DNA from: Octopus vulgaris | Taxonomy: Eukaryota | Length of the DNA: 64,000 bases | Assembly (NCBI GenBank): GCA_951406725.2 | Contig: OX597821.1 | Span: 35,340,001-35,404,000 of the forward strand | Direction of reading: 5' to 3' | In this document: positions 63,657 to 64,000 of the stretch, piece by piece | Numbering within the stretch: position 1 is the stretch's first letter | Layout: each line of letters starts with the position of its first letter | Notes under the pieces: generated by a model | Told to the model about the DNA's origin: nothing | What the model saw: only the letters and a program-made list of their open reading frames with translations | Database searches by the model: none | Position numbers and translations under genes: made by a program

Positions 63657-64000
63657 AATACATAATTAATTTGGTAATTAAATATTGGATTATAACTGAG
63701 TTAAGGCTATTCGTTTTTTTAAAGCCATATTATATCTTCATGGATACATACATATGTCTATCTATTTTTTACATTAAAAATTAATATTTAATATAATAAA
63801 TGGGTTGTATGACATAATCCTAATGTTTTAAGTTTCTAATTTAGATAATGGAGTTTTTTTACAAGAAAAATTATTATTTTATTTATACGGTTTAAAATAT
63901 CGACATATTCTAAAAAAATATCGCACATTATAGTTGTTCCCAATGTCATAGAACTGACGAAAGGATGGCAGCAAAGTATCTTCCAAACAACAGACTGTAT

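Overview
AT-rich, non-genic (intronic or intergenic) eukaryotic DNA made almost entirely of microsatellites and transposon debris. The SINE set and microsatellite density look like an octopod cephalopod genome (inference from recall, not verified). No host exon could be supported, and most ORFs in the track are microsatellite translations. Contents: at least five tRNA-derived SINE families (many copies, nested and multimeric); three copies of a 420-bp TIR MITE with internal TTAGGG repeats; Tc1/mariner remnants; an RTE-like LINE 3' end with C2H2 fingers; decayed Penelope-like (PLE) RT/GIY-YIG elements. Three items stand out. (1) Several short non-coding elements carry minimal type-I hammerhead ribozyme motifs, sit in (TA)n tracts and often form fold-back pairs. 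Two of them are homologous, circularly permuted ~560-nt units (24.1 kb and 58.2 kb) that look retrozyme-like, and two other families have a U3:A8 compensated core. (2) A complete 2.0-kb TSD-flanked retroelement (34446-36447) encodes only an L1/Tx1-type ORF1 (RRM-like + CCHC knuckle) with no ORF2 and sits inside a SINE head; a divergent relative lies at the left window edge. (3) TSD-flanked SINE multimers are built from a ~184-bp unit with two alternative tails.
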